Of a stretch of 64,000 nucleotides of DNA, positions 33,561 through 44,100 are shown one piece after another (position 1 is the first letter of the stretch; each line of letters opens with the position of its first letter). Below the pieces are notes generated by a model. That model did no database searches, had not been told where the DNA came from, and saw only the letters and a program-made list of their open reading frames with translations. The stretch is from positions 1 through 64,000 of the IMG/VR virus record IMGVR_UViG_3300034012_003212; one strand, written 5' to 3'. The position numbers and the translations under genes were made by a program.

Positions 33561-36500
33561 TCACAAAAATTTAGCCAATGTTCCAGGGGGTACCCCTGTG
33601 ATGTAATCGCAGATTTCGTATTCATCAGTCTGGTTGTATTTGTAACTCTTTCCAGCCAGGGTGAGTGTCATGACCCTGGGTATTCTCTTCGAGAATGTGT
33701 TCTTGGTCTCAACAATCACCCTGGGCTCTTGCTCCATGAAATCTGTCACAACGTCATCTATCACATAGAATGTGTTTGAAACGAACTCGCCGGAGCCAGA
33801 ATATGGAGATCCGGACTTCGTGGTGCGTATCACGACGCGCTTGTAATTGACAGTCCTTTCTCCGTTCTGTTGGCTTGTCGTTACGGATTTGAAATTAGTC
33901 ATGTTTGTTATCAATGTCCTCGTGACGTTGTTAACTGAGTCATTTCTTCCGTTATACAGGGAAATAAGAAGAGAGTCATAGAACTTCGCAAGCGTTACCT
34001 GCCAATCATTGTTCGCTGCCGTTTGATTGGGGACGGTGAATGAAAAATCCCCAGCGCCCTTATTAGAATATAGGGCCTTAAATATGCCATCCCATCCTAC
34101 ATACTCCTGGATACCGAACTTCAATATTTTGTTCGCAGAATCTGAATTCAGGAATATATCTATCTTTGTTCCCACCTCGGATGCAACATCTGTTATCGTG
34201 TTAAGAAGCGTGTCGGTGTATGAATACGATTGTGAGTAGAAGAACGATTTAGAGTCCCTTCCATTCGTCGTACTGTTGACGGTTGGAACGTCTTTCTCGT
34301 ACGTATTCACCGTCAATGAGTCTATGTATTTGCTATATCCTGCCAAAAACGTGTTCTTTTTGTTTACAACATCTTGCTTTCCCTGATCGTAGTTCGAATC
34401 CAAAGCAACTTCAACCCTAAACGTCGGTAAACTTCCTATGGTCCTCGTGTACATGGAATATGCAGTGGTGTACGATGAATTTCCGGTTTCAACTGAATAT
34501 GGTATGTTCAGCTTCTGACCTTGGGTACTTTTCATCTTTTCACCATTGAATTCCAGCAACGCGAATTTGAGTTTTGTCGCACTACCACCCTGAGTCATAT
34601 TGATGTCAGTGGTCTGTGAACTAGAATCCTTTTCTATGAACCACTTTGAATCGTACGGTGTTTCTGTTGTCAAAAAAGTCCTAGGCTGTTGTTTCCTCAG
34701 TTCTGCATATTTTCCACCATTAGTCCTGGCATCATTCACGAATTCGGTGTTGAAAAGTTTTTCTATCTTCGACTGGAACAATTTATTATTGCTTGTTCGT
34801 ATTTCATACCTTCCTGTGAAATTAGGAGTTTTTACAAAATAGACGTCATAATACACAGTATACGCCGAAGCCTCCGAGGATCCAGAAGATGACATACCCT
34901 CAGAACTTCCTGATTTAATGTCAGTCGCAAAGGAACTCTTCAGGGGATCTTGCCATGTGTTCACGTCTCTGAAAACGCTATCAACATTTATTCTTCTGAA
35001 TGTGGTATTGTTATCGTTAGCCCCTGATACTGTGCCTGTTCCGGTTGTTGTTCCAGTAGTTGTCGCAAAATTACCACCCGTACTCGATACATTCGTTGCA
35101 TTTTTTCCTGTGCCTGTCGTGGTACTACCAGTTCCCGTGCTTGTGCCAGTTCCGGTTCCTGAGCCAGTTCCAGATCCTTGGCTGGTGCCTGTTCCGGTTC
35201 CAGCGGATGAAGAGGAACCAGCGGTTGTTGTTCCAGTGGTCGTTGTTGTTCCAGTAGTTGTAGTATTCTGTGAATTTAGGTTCTGTATCTGTTCGCGTAG
35301 CGAATTTATGACATCCGATATTTCACGAACCGAGGATGATTGATTCTGTTTTGCTGCATCCATCGCAGCCTTTAGATCATCTTCACGTTTCTTCAAAAGT
35401 GCATTACGTTGATCGAACTCGGTCTTTTGGTCCTGCAGTGATGAAGTTTGATCTAGGAGTGTTTTTTGTTGTCCAAGCAGCGCAGTTTCAAGCGCCTTCA
35501 GACTCTCTTCCTTCGAGTTCAGGAGTGATTCCCTGGAATTCAGCGATGACTCTCTTTTATCGAGAGATGCTTCCTTTTCCTTTATTCCCGCAAGTCTCGT
35601 CGATATCGCATTGTTTCTCATCAACTCAACTTTATCGAGAACCTTCTGATAATTATCAAAATTCTCAACGCTCCCCTTGTATATTACAGTCTCCTCTCCG
35701 GTGTTCCCGTCAGACAGAACCTCCACCACCGATATGTACTTCTTCTGTATAGAATAGCTCTTTGTGTTATAGAGGACGTTTATGAATTCTTCTGCGGACT
35801 TGGAGGACCATTCGGCAAATGGAACAAGTACTTCTTTTCCGCGTATGTCTGATGCTATATCCAGGCTGACAGTTCCTCTGACTGTATTCGTGTTTCTAAC
35901 CGTTATGAAGAATTTTCCTGGGAGGTCATCAATCATCCTAGAAGCATCGGCAGCGGGGACCCTGAACATCAACATGCCATTTTTGGGATCGTTGATCTGA
36001 AGATTCGCAGAAGAAGTCTCTCCTATGAAAGGAGAATACGTCGCATACCTATACCTCGATCCAGTGGATGATTCGATGATGATATTTATCTCCTGCGCAT
36101 CAGAAAGATCCAATGTTTGTATCTCTTCTGGAGTCACACGATACACCCTAAATCTAAAATAATTATCAAACGGGTTCACGAGTATCACAGCATCGGATTG
36201 ACCGAACACTATATCCCATTCAAATAATTCCTCTGGTACATATTCACCGGTTTTAGATAAAAACAACTTAGCAGTGCTCACTGAAACGTTCACAGAGTCG
36301 TAGAACGAAGGCGACACTATTCGTCGTATTCTCACATCCTGTTTCTGAACAGGGAATGTGAACTTAGGACCTTCTGTTATAGCGTTGTAGATCTTCATAG
36401 GAACAAGTTCAGAACCTATGTCAAGCTTCAACGAATTCTTTCCAAATTTCTTCGGCTCAAATGATGTCACAGATGAACTTCTTATTATCTGTGTTCCGTC

Positions 36501-37547
36501 GTCTTCGTTCGTCAGACGCATCGTGTAATCAATGGAAAATGAGAACGCAGTGTCCGCATTCTTGAGTATTGGCCTGTACAGAAACGGTTGATCGAAATCC
36601 TCCTTCTGCAAAATAACGTTACTTGAGCTGTACACCTCAGAAAAACCTATCTGTTCTGTGACGGTCAATTCATGGATGACAACATAACGGCCCCGGGTCT
36701 CATTCAGGACTGCGATATAATCTGCTATGAATTCGCCCTTCCATGTTGGATAATATTCAAAATAATCACCATTTTGTGTTATGACTGCGGCAAGGTCTCC
36801 GTACTGATCCTGCTGTTCAAACGAGGTGTATGACGGAAGCCCAGTTCGAACATAATCGAATCCGTTAAAATTTGTCACCTCCTCGATCTCATAGAAATTC
36901 ATCTTTATAAGACCGTCGGTGGAGAATCCGCTCCCATCGCTCGTCAGATAATATGCTAGCGCGTCTGTTTTTACCGGAGCAGAATCAAATTCCGTCACAA
37001 GATCTGCTAGCGACGGTATCCTAAACTCAACATACTTGTCGTAATTTGTTCCGTTTATTATGACAGGCTTTGTGTTTAGTTTTATGTAATCATCGCCATT
37101 GACATACGTAAATAAACCAACCCTTGCATCAGATAAACCATTGTTCTCGGGATATGCGATTTCTAGGACGAAACCATTCGCCGCGCTGAATGTAAATCCA
37201 GAGCGTATGTGAACGCGAATGCTGTCATAGTTCACATTCCATGATTGTCCCGGGGATGCGAGATCCGAGAGGCTCGTTACTTCAAACCTAGGATCCGTAG
37301 GAAGGTACAGTATAGGAATGTCTTGTTCGGTTCGAACCCATTGATTTTTTCCTATCTGTACGCTCGACCGATCTAGGACATTTCCTGTCTTGGAATAAGA
37401 CCTATTATCATTGACAGAATACCGATAACCGAGGATTGTGTTATCGATCAATGTAAATGTTGCATCTGATGAAGAAGCGGTATAATCACTATACTGTATC
37501 TCTATCAGAGCATAATCTGTAATTTGTATTAGTCTTGACTTTGGCAT
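33561..37547 (-). CDS. Large putative virion protein with coiled coil and T/G/S-rich linker
   Basis: 1328-aa ORF in the structural operon. Confidence 0.6.
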   Translation of the reverse strand: MPKSRLIQITDYALIEIQYSDYTASSSDATFTLIDNTILGYRYSVNDNRSYSKTGNVLDRSSVQIGKNQWVRTEQDIPILYLPTDPRFEVTSLSDLASPGQSWNVNYDSIRVHIRSGFTFSAANGFVLEIAYPENNGLSDARVGLFTYVNGDDYIKLNTKPVIINGTNYDKYVEFRIPSLADLVTEFDSAPVKTDALAYYLTSDGSGFSTDGLIKMNFYEIEEVTNFNGFDYVRTGLPSYTSFEQQDQYGDLAAVITQNGDYFEYYPTWKGEFIADYIAVLNETRGRYVVIHELTVTEQIGFSEVYSSSNVILQKEDFDQPFLYRPILKNADTAFSFSIDYTMRLTNEDDGTQIIRSSSVTSFEPKKFGKNSLKLDIGSELVPMKIYNAITEGPKFTFPVQKQDVRIRRIVSPSFYDSVNVSVSTAKLFLSKTGEYVPEELFEWDIVFGQSDAVILVNPFDNYFRFRVYRVTPEEIQTLDLSDAQEINIIIESSTGSRYRYATYSPFIGETSSANLQINDPKNGMLMFRVPAADASRMIDDLPGKFFITVRNTNTVRGTVSLDIASDIRGKEVLVPFAEWSSKSAEEFINVLYNTKSYSIQKKYISVVEVLSDGNTGEETVIYKGSVENFDNYQKVLDKVELMRNNAISTRLAGIKEKEASLDKRESSLNSRESLLNSKEESLKALETALLGQQKTLLDQTSSLQDQKTEFDQRNALLKKREDDLKAAMDAAKQNQSSSVREISDVINSLREQIQNLNSQNTTTTGTTTTTGTTTAGSSSSAGTGTGTSQGSGTGSGTGTGTSTGTGSTTTGTGKNATNVSSTGGNFATTTGTTTGTGTVSGANDNNTTFRRINVDSVFRDVNTWQDPLKSSFATDIKSGSSEGMSSSGSSEASAYTVYYDVYFVKTPNFTGRYEIRTSNNKLFQSKIEKLFNTEFVNDARTNGGKYAELRKQQPRTFLTTETPYDSKWFIEKDSSSQTTDINMTQGGSATKLKFALLEFNGEKMKSTQGQKLNIPYSVETGNSSYTTAYSMYTRTIGSLPTFRVEVALDSNYDQGKQDVVNKKNTFLAGYSKYIDSLTVNTYEKDVPTVNSTTNGRDSKSFFYSQSYSYTDTLLNTITDVASEVGTKIDIFLNSDSANKILKFGIQEYVGWDGIFKALYSNKGAGDFSFTVPNQTAANNDWQVTLAKFYDSLLISLYNGRNDSVNNVTRTLITNMTNFKSVTTSQQNGERTVNYKRVVIRTTKSGSPYSGSGEFVSNTFYVIDDVVTDFMEQEPRVIVETKNTFSKRIPRVMTLTLAGKSYKYNQTDEYEICDYITGVPPGTLAKFL

Positions 37548-38287
37548 CAGAAATTTATTATGTTTAATCCTACAGTCAAACTCAGCGCGGGAATTATGCC
37601 TAATTGGCCCGATGGTGAAATTCCATATCCTATAGAAGGACCTATTGACAATGAAAATCTCTTGTTGTCGTTTATAAAAGGTTTCTCCGGATCCTTTACT
37701 GCGCCTTCCACATCAAAATATACTCCAGGAAAATCCGTTCTTGCGTATGCCTTGATTTTTCCATCTTCTTCCTTTATCCCAGTAAAAATCTTAATCCTCA
37801 GCTTAAAATCTTCAATTGTCGATTGTTTTGAATCCAACACGAGATTTGAATCCTTTGTCCTTATTCTAATGGGCGTTGTTCCCTTGAACGCAATGCTATT
37901 CAATGAATCGTGGTTCTTCTCATAATTGAATTTTATAGAAAACGTAGAGTCTCCCGTCTTATAGATATAATTATCCACAAATATGGTATCTACTCCTATT
38001 GTTGTTGAAGCCCCTGTTATTGTCTTACCCTTCTGTGCTATGAGCTCTTTTGTCAACTGTGAGTTAAGCTTCTTAAGAGTTTCAATGTCTCCAATGTATA
38101 CCATTCGCTCGTACACAGCCCTTCCAAGCGCATCCACGCTCTTCTTTGTAACATCTCTCAACGCTTCAATGTTCTGATTAGCCTCATTTATGTCCCTCTG
38201 CTTTGAACTACATGACTTTATGCTAGCAAAAAGAGCTATACATAGTCCTAGTATCACGGCAGAAAAAATCAGATCCTTCTTTGTCAT
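37547..38287 (-). CDS. Membrane-anchored protein, possible spanin-like
   Basis: N-terminal TM segment, coiled coil, C-terminal beta strands ending in Phe. Confidence 0.4.
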   Translation of the reverse strand: MTKKDLIFSAVILGLCIALFASIKSCSSKQRDINEANQNIEALRDVTKKSVDALGRAVYERMVYIGDIETLKKLNSQLTKELIAQKGKTITGASTTIGVDTIFVDNYIYKTGDSTFSIKFNYEKNHDSLNSIAFKGTTPIRIRTKDSNLVLDSKQSTIEDFKLRIKIFTGIKEEDGKIKAYARTDFPGVYFDVEGAVKDPEKPFINDNKRFSLSIGPSIGYGISPSGQLGIIPALSLTVGLNIINF

Positions 38288-38298
38288 TTTTAAATCCT

Positions 38299-38553
38299 CT
38301 ATTTATTTGAAAGTATTGCGTTGTAGATATTAAAACCTTTACCATACTTCTTTTCACAACGAAGCTTCAATTCATTTTCGCTGTTTTTTATATCCTCTAG
38401 TTCAACATGTAATTCAGAATTCAAATTCTCTAACATCTTTATAGAATTTGTGATATTCTCGAATTTTTCCATCAATAGCGCGTAGTTTTTTATTATACGC
38501 CTAGCTTCGAACAACTCCTTACTGAAATCTGAGTCATTTTCGGGTCTCATCAT
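38299..38553 (-). CDS. Small coiled-coil protein
   Basis: 84 aa with heptad pattern. Confidence 0.6.
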   Translation of the reverse strand: MMRPENDSDFSKELFEARRIIKNYALLMEKFENITNSIKMLENLNSELHVELEDIKNSENELKLRCEKKYGKGFNIYNAILSNK

Positions 38554-41117
38554 AATTGATTGCTTCCTATTAGTTCAAAATTCACATGTGCATAAATAAC
38601 ATTAATACCAGATCGTATTATCTTCAGGGGAACTGTTGGTATTCCAGTCTGCCTTGATGTATACATCTTAAAATCTTTTGCGACGCCCCACGGATGTGAT
38701 AGTTCGTAATCCTTTTCCATAATGAATCCAACTTCTGCAACTTCATTATACCTCAAAGGAACAACATCACTGGATTCAACCTTTATCACGTGATTACTCA
38801 TCACAGTATTCTTGAAGTTGTATGTGTTCACTGAGTTGTTTTTTGACAGATTTATGCCAGAGACAAAATCAGAACTCGTTCCATTTAATGCATAGTAGTC
38901 GGCAAAAACAGGTGACTCAGAATTTCCTTCACCGAACTGCGCGGGCGCTACTTCTCTTGTATGTGTTGAAAGATACGAATATATCACAGGTGATGCGTAT
39001 GTTGAACCATCTCCATAATACGAATCATAGAATGGCGATGGACCTGCTGTATCTGGAATCCTCTGACCCCAGGGGACAGTCGCATCATAGACCATGACAG
39101 CTGTGTGAATAGGTATAGGAGAACCAAGGCCTGTGTAAAGTTCCTGAAGAAGTGTTGGACTACTGTCCGTATTTCCTAATACGCTGTTAACGTATGCATA
39201 CGCAACAACCGAGACGCGATAGAACGACACCTTATCATCATTCGAAGAAGCGGACTTTATCTTGTTCAGAACAAGAGGAGCTCTACGATAGTCCATAGGG
39301 AGTGCATAATTCCTTGACGTCACCGTATCGGTATACTGGCTAGTGTTTGCAACTCCAGCGTAATTGTCTATCAAAGAAGAAACACTCGGCGCATTCGACG
39401 TCTTGAAATCAGTGAAATCATACTCAAGTTTTGCCGTCTGCCTGAGCTGACCTATTCCCATCTTTGCCTGTTTTATCGGAGTGTATAACACATTTTTTTG
39501 GTACTTGTGTGCTAAGTCGGACGATGAGTTCGGCCAACCCCAGGATGATACCCTGTTGTTCTTAACCTGTAAACCCACATCCGGTGAAATATCTGCCCTC
39601 CATGCACTTGCCAAAATGGAACTAAAGTATTCGTACCTGGAAGGATCCTGGGCAAAACTCAGGTACTCTGCTCCCCATTGCATATCACCTACCGATGGAA
39701 GATATCCCAGTCTCGAACCAAGTTCATTCGATTTATGGAGCCACGCAGATGAATATGTTATCCTCGAACCAAGAAAATTCATACTCTCCGGAGTAAGAAC
39801 ACTGTTACTGGATGCGTTATAGCTTATGTTTATATAGTTACCTACAACATCGACTTCTAGGTCGTCTTGTATGTTAAGATAAAAAGAATCCTCTCCAGAT
39901 GAATTAAGTGTGCTGAGAGTTACGCCATCCTTTTGAACAACAACATTGGAGAATGAATTCGAAACTCCGCCTCCGCCGCCCGGACCGGAAATTCCTAGTA
40001 TCTGTATCGGGCCTCCTGATGTTTCATCAGAAAATCCGATTCCGTTCATTGCTTTTATCTGGAATGATGTTGTTGGAAACACGGAGGTTTGACTACTCAG
40101 AGTTATTGTTGCCAATCCATATGTTGGGCCCGATCCAAGAGAATCAAAAACTATGCTAACAACTGGATCAACTACAGGCGCTTCCTGTTCAAAACTATTC
40201 CACTGCCCAGAATAGAAATATTCAAAGTGATCTGTATTCCACCTGAAAGCTCCATCATTGAAATCAGTTCCACTTGTTGTGTTGGAAACAAAACGAACTG
40301 GTCCTCCTATTATTCCATAGGTCTTCTGGTCATTTGAATTTATGAGAGTCTCACTGGCCCCCAAAAGAAAGAATGGCCCGTTTGTACCTGGATTATCAGA
40401 TGGCTTATTGATACTTATGCGATCGAATATTATGCTGGCGTACTGTTTATGAGTGGAGTAATCTCCATTTCTTAGTCCCTGTATTATGAGTCTTTCTATC
40501 TGCGGATTTGCTGAATTCCAGAATGAATTTATCACTGTACCCGAATAATCCATCCATAGGGAATCGGATTGCCTTGCATCCTGGTTGGCGAGTCTGATGT
40601 TATTGCCGTTCAATCCTGAATTGAACACCTTTAATTTATACGTGCCGCCGATGTTGACTCCTGTTTCGGTGGAATCACTCGTTAGCAGCAGGGAATATTC
40701 ATCACTTGAATTTGTTACAGTATTGCTTGTGGTGTCCTTTTTGAAGAAGTTTCCAGCGATTCCCTGTGATGTTCCGAGTGAACCCATTAGAATCCATATG
40801 CTTCCATCGAATTGATATATGTCAGATGTCGTTAGGTCGATGTACATGTCGCCATCAAACGCCCCAGTTCCTGACGCAGGAGAGCCATTTCCCGTTGTCC
40901 ACTGACTGCCACGTATGCCATCATCGCCTTTTGCTCCAGGAATACCCGCCGGGCCTGGAGGGCCGGAAACACCAGGAAGACCCGTGAGGCCCCTTTTTCC
41001 AGTGGGACCGCCTCCGTTTAAAGAAATCTGCTCGAAGTTAAAATTTATCTTCTCGATTGCTCTAAATAGAGCGTCCGTTTGCTCTATTCTATGTAAATTA
41101 ATCTGGTTCAATGGCAT
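38550..41117 (-). CDS. Tail-fibre-like protein with short collagen segment
   Basis: GPTGKRGLTGLPGVSGPPGPAGIPGAKGDDGIRG followed by G..GD.Y.D...W motif. Confidence 0.65.
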   Translation of the reverse strand: MPLNQINLHRIEQTDALFRAIEKINFNFEQISLNGGGPTGKRGLTGLPGVSGPPGPAGIPGAKGDDGIRGSQWTTGNGSPASGTGAFDGDMYIDLTTSDIYQFDGSIWILMGSLGTSQGIAGNFFKKDTTSNTVTNSSDEYSLLLTSDSTETGVNIGGTYKLKVFNSGLNGNNIRLANQDARQSDSLWMDYSGTVINSFWNSANPQIERLIIQGLRNGDYSTHKQYASIIFDRISINKPSDNPGTNGPFFLLGASETLINSNDQKTYGIIGGPVRFVSNTTSGTDFNDGAFRWNTDHFEYFYSGQWNSFEQEAPVVDPVVSIVFDSLGSGPTYGLATITLSSQTSVFPTTSFQIKAMNGIGFSDETSGGPIQILGISGPGGGGGVSNSFSNVVVQKDGVTLSTLNSSGEDSFYLNIQDDLEVDVVGNYINISYNASSNSVLTPESMNFLGSRITYSSAWLHKSNELGSRLGYLPSVGDMQWGAEYLSFAQDPSRYEYFSSILASAWRADISPDVGLQVKNNRVSSWGWPNSSSDLAHKYQKNVLYTPIKQAKMGIGQLRQTAKLEYDFTDFKTSNAPSVSSLIDNYAGVANTSQYTDTVTSRNYALPMDYRRAPLVLNKIKSASSNDDKVSFYRVSVVAYAYVNSVLGNTDSSPTLLQELYTGLGSPIPIHTAVMVYDATVPWGQRIPDTAGPSPFYDSYYGDGSTYASPVIYSYLSTHTREVAPAQFGEGNSESPVFADYYALNGTSSDFVSGINLSKNNSVNTYNFKNTVMSNHVIKVESSDVVPLRYNEVAEVGFIMEKDYELSHPWGVAKDFKMYTSRQTGIPTVPLKIIRSGINVIYAHVNFELIGSNQL

Positions 41118-41118
41118 T

Positions 41119-44100
41119 TTAGTTCCTGGTTATGTTGAATGCTAATAAAACTCTATATGCTCCGTCCAGGGGAAACGACGTGACAAATCCATTCTGGTCA
41201 TTCACCTGTAGTTCATCCATTTTTCTATAGTCCTTTAAATCTTTTGGATCGTTTACGGAAGAAATCACTTCAGTGACTGAAGATGGGCAAGTGTATATTT
41301 CAACACTCTTTATGGAATAAGCATTTATTAGTTCTGATTCTATATATTCCCTTGCAACAGCATACGGATTGGAAGATGAGAGAACTGATCTAACATTATC
41401 AAAAAACTTAGCAAGCCCCTTGGAAAATATCTCATCTGCTATTATCTTTTTCAAGTTTACTTGCAGTGTCAAATAATTAGATGTTGTTACATACGAAACA
41501 CTAAAATTTTCATCATTCACCGAATGATCGTACTGATGGCTTCTGAGGTACCGAGGAAGATTACACTCCCTGGATCCAAGGAAAAACCTTCCAGTACTCT
41601 TTGCATCGATTCCGATGACACCAACATCAATTGTTTTATCCTTTGCTTTCGCGTACATCGCATTCTTCCATATATCAATATTCGGCTGTATGAAAATCCT
41701 GCCGACTGCGAAGGGAAGTCTAACGCGGTCACCGTTAACTGCAGTGATGCCATCGCTTATGACATTATCGGATACCCGTCTGAACCATAAACCAATATTG
41801 TTCGTTCCGACGACATTTGTGTTCATTCCATTGAATGAATTGTAGAAGATTTTTGATAGAAGCTTATCTTCTGATGATGAAAAATGAAGAACATCCTTGT
41901 ATGATGGTTCAAAGTCACCGTCGACCCTGAATATGTTCAAATCATTCTTGCTATCAGTAAAGGTTATCTTCCCTGAAAAATCAACAAATGCACTCTTATA
42001 CGAATTTGGTTTTAATTTCTGAGGGGTGTTGTACTCAAATTGAATTTTAGACTGTGAAAGTTTTCCAGAAAGGCCGACGTAAATATCATGGAATAATCCG
42101 TATGATATATCTTCTAGCACCTTTTGTGCAACACATGAATTTATTGTATCAGCGTACACTGGTTGGTCTCCTACAGCATATACGACAGGCGACGATATTT
42201 TTGTCAATATACCTGATACATCAACCGGTGCTGAATTCTGACCATATAGCCTAAGGCTTCCATCACATGTGATACTATCTTTTCCATCAAATTTAAAGAG
42301 TGTTTTGATAGGACCCGTAGTAGAGTCGCACACCATAGAAAAGAATGAATCGAGATATGAACCATCGACGAATGTCCTCTTCCTCATGAGCACAGGATCA
42401 TATACACCCCTGATACGTTCTCTAGGGATGCACATAGAAATTTTCACATTCTCTTTATACAACAATCCTTCTATTATGTAATCGCAGTTGGGATAATATG
42501 GAACTTTTAACAGTTCAATATCATTCGGTGCCGCATAATCATATTCGATTGTTACCTTCGTTTCGTACTCTTCTCTCCTGAAACCATCATGCCTTTGGGC
42601 ATCATCATATGAATTCGTTGGGTTTATGTAAGAATTCTTTTTGATAATTTTCTTGTCATTATATGCCCTAGGAGATAGATCAAATCTCAGAATATCATCG
42701 GATCCAAATATGCACATAGGACCATACAATTGGCCGTATTGGGTGTTTAATTGGTTATTCGACAGATTATAGAGCTCTTTTACTGTCAACGATCCGTCTA
42801 TTGAACTCGTGGACAATGACACACTAACAAGAAGCGTGATGCATCTCCATTTTTCGTTCGTGATGACTGTTATTTTCCTTGGTCCAAAATTACCATCTTC
42901 TACCTGTAGAACCGAGCAGAATCTATAACCATCGATGTTGTTCTTGGAGATCAATCTCAATGGAAGACCTTTAAACATCGTCTCAAATTTATCGTCATCT
43001 GATGTTTTTACTTTAGACCAAAGAGTCCTATAACTCCTCCTATTTCCACTTGTGAATTTTTCAGAACCATCTCCGACTGAAAAATATGCAGTGAAATAAT
43101 CGTAGTCCACTGATTTCAAGAGTTCAGGATCAATTCTTTTTCCTGTGTAATCATACGTAAATTCATCCTCCGGTGTTGCATCCATCGGCCACCCAGAAAT
43201 CACATAAAAATCGAGCGGAAACGTGTCAGGTATCGCGTCGTTGTATGGTATTCCAGTGAAGTTATCATACTGAAGTTGAAGGGGGTCGGCGTTCAATGTG
43301 TATGGTTCCAAATTTGCATTGCTGGAATCAGACTTCTTCCATCTTCCAACATTCGGAAATGTTTTACCCCTCTGCGATCTCATAGACGATGCTATGTTAT
43401 TTGTCGATTGTTCTTTTGTTATAGATGAACGATTTCTCACCAAAACTTCTTTTGTGTACTCTTCTCCGTTTAGATTATTGAACGGATAATCCTGGGATAA
43501 GCCAACCCTTGAAAAACTAATCCCCTGTGAGTCTCTGTATGGGAGTTCATCAAAGAAGTTAAGGTCAACAAATCTTTTGAACGATAATAGATGAATAGAG
43601 GTCTCAAGCTCCTCTACTAGTTTGATCCTTCCGTCCTTGATGAATGGCTCTGAATCAAGCGATATGAGAATGCTGTTCTCCCTTGCCTGCTTTGCTCCCA
43701 ATACATCAGGGATGAACAGATTTCTTTCATCAAGGGAAATAATCCTACAATTTTTTCCAGAAGGGGAAAACACAGAAGTAGATTCTTTTATGAGACCAGA
43801 GAACGATTCGGGTATGGAATAGACGTTATCAGAAGACCTGAACACGAATCTCGAGAATGCATATGTTATTTTCCTATCGTAATTGATGAACTGCTTGCGC
43901 GCCATCCTTCCGTTTATCTTTATGCTCCTGTTAAAATAATTGGAAATCATTATAGAAGAATCTCCGGTGTCATCGTCCATGATAACACATAAGTTTCCAG
44001 ATTCTATGGAACATTTGAAAGGAGGATTCTTAAACGATTGTAAACCAATGAGAAACATTGATTCAAGTGTCTGAGAATTTACTATAGGAGAATAAACGAT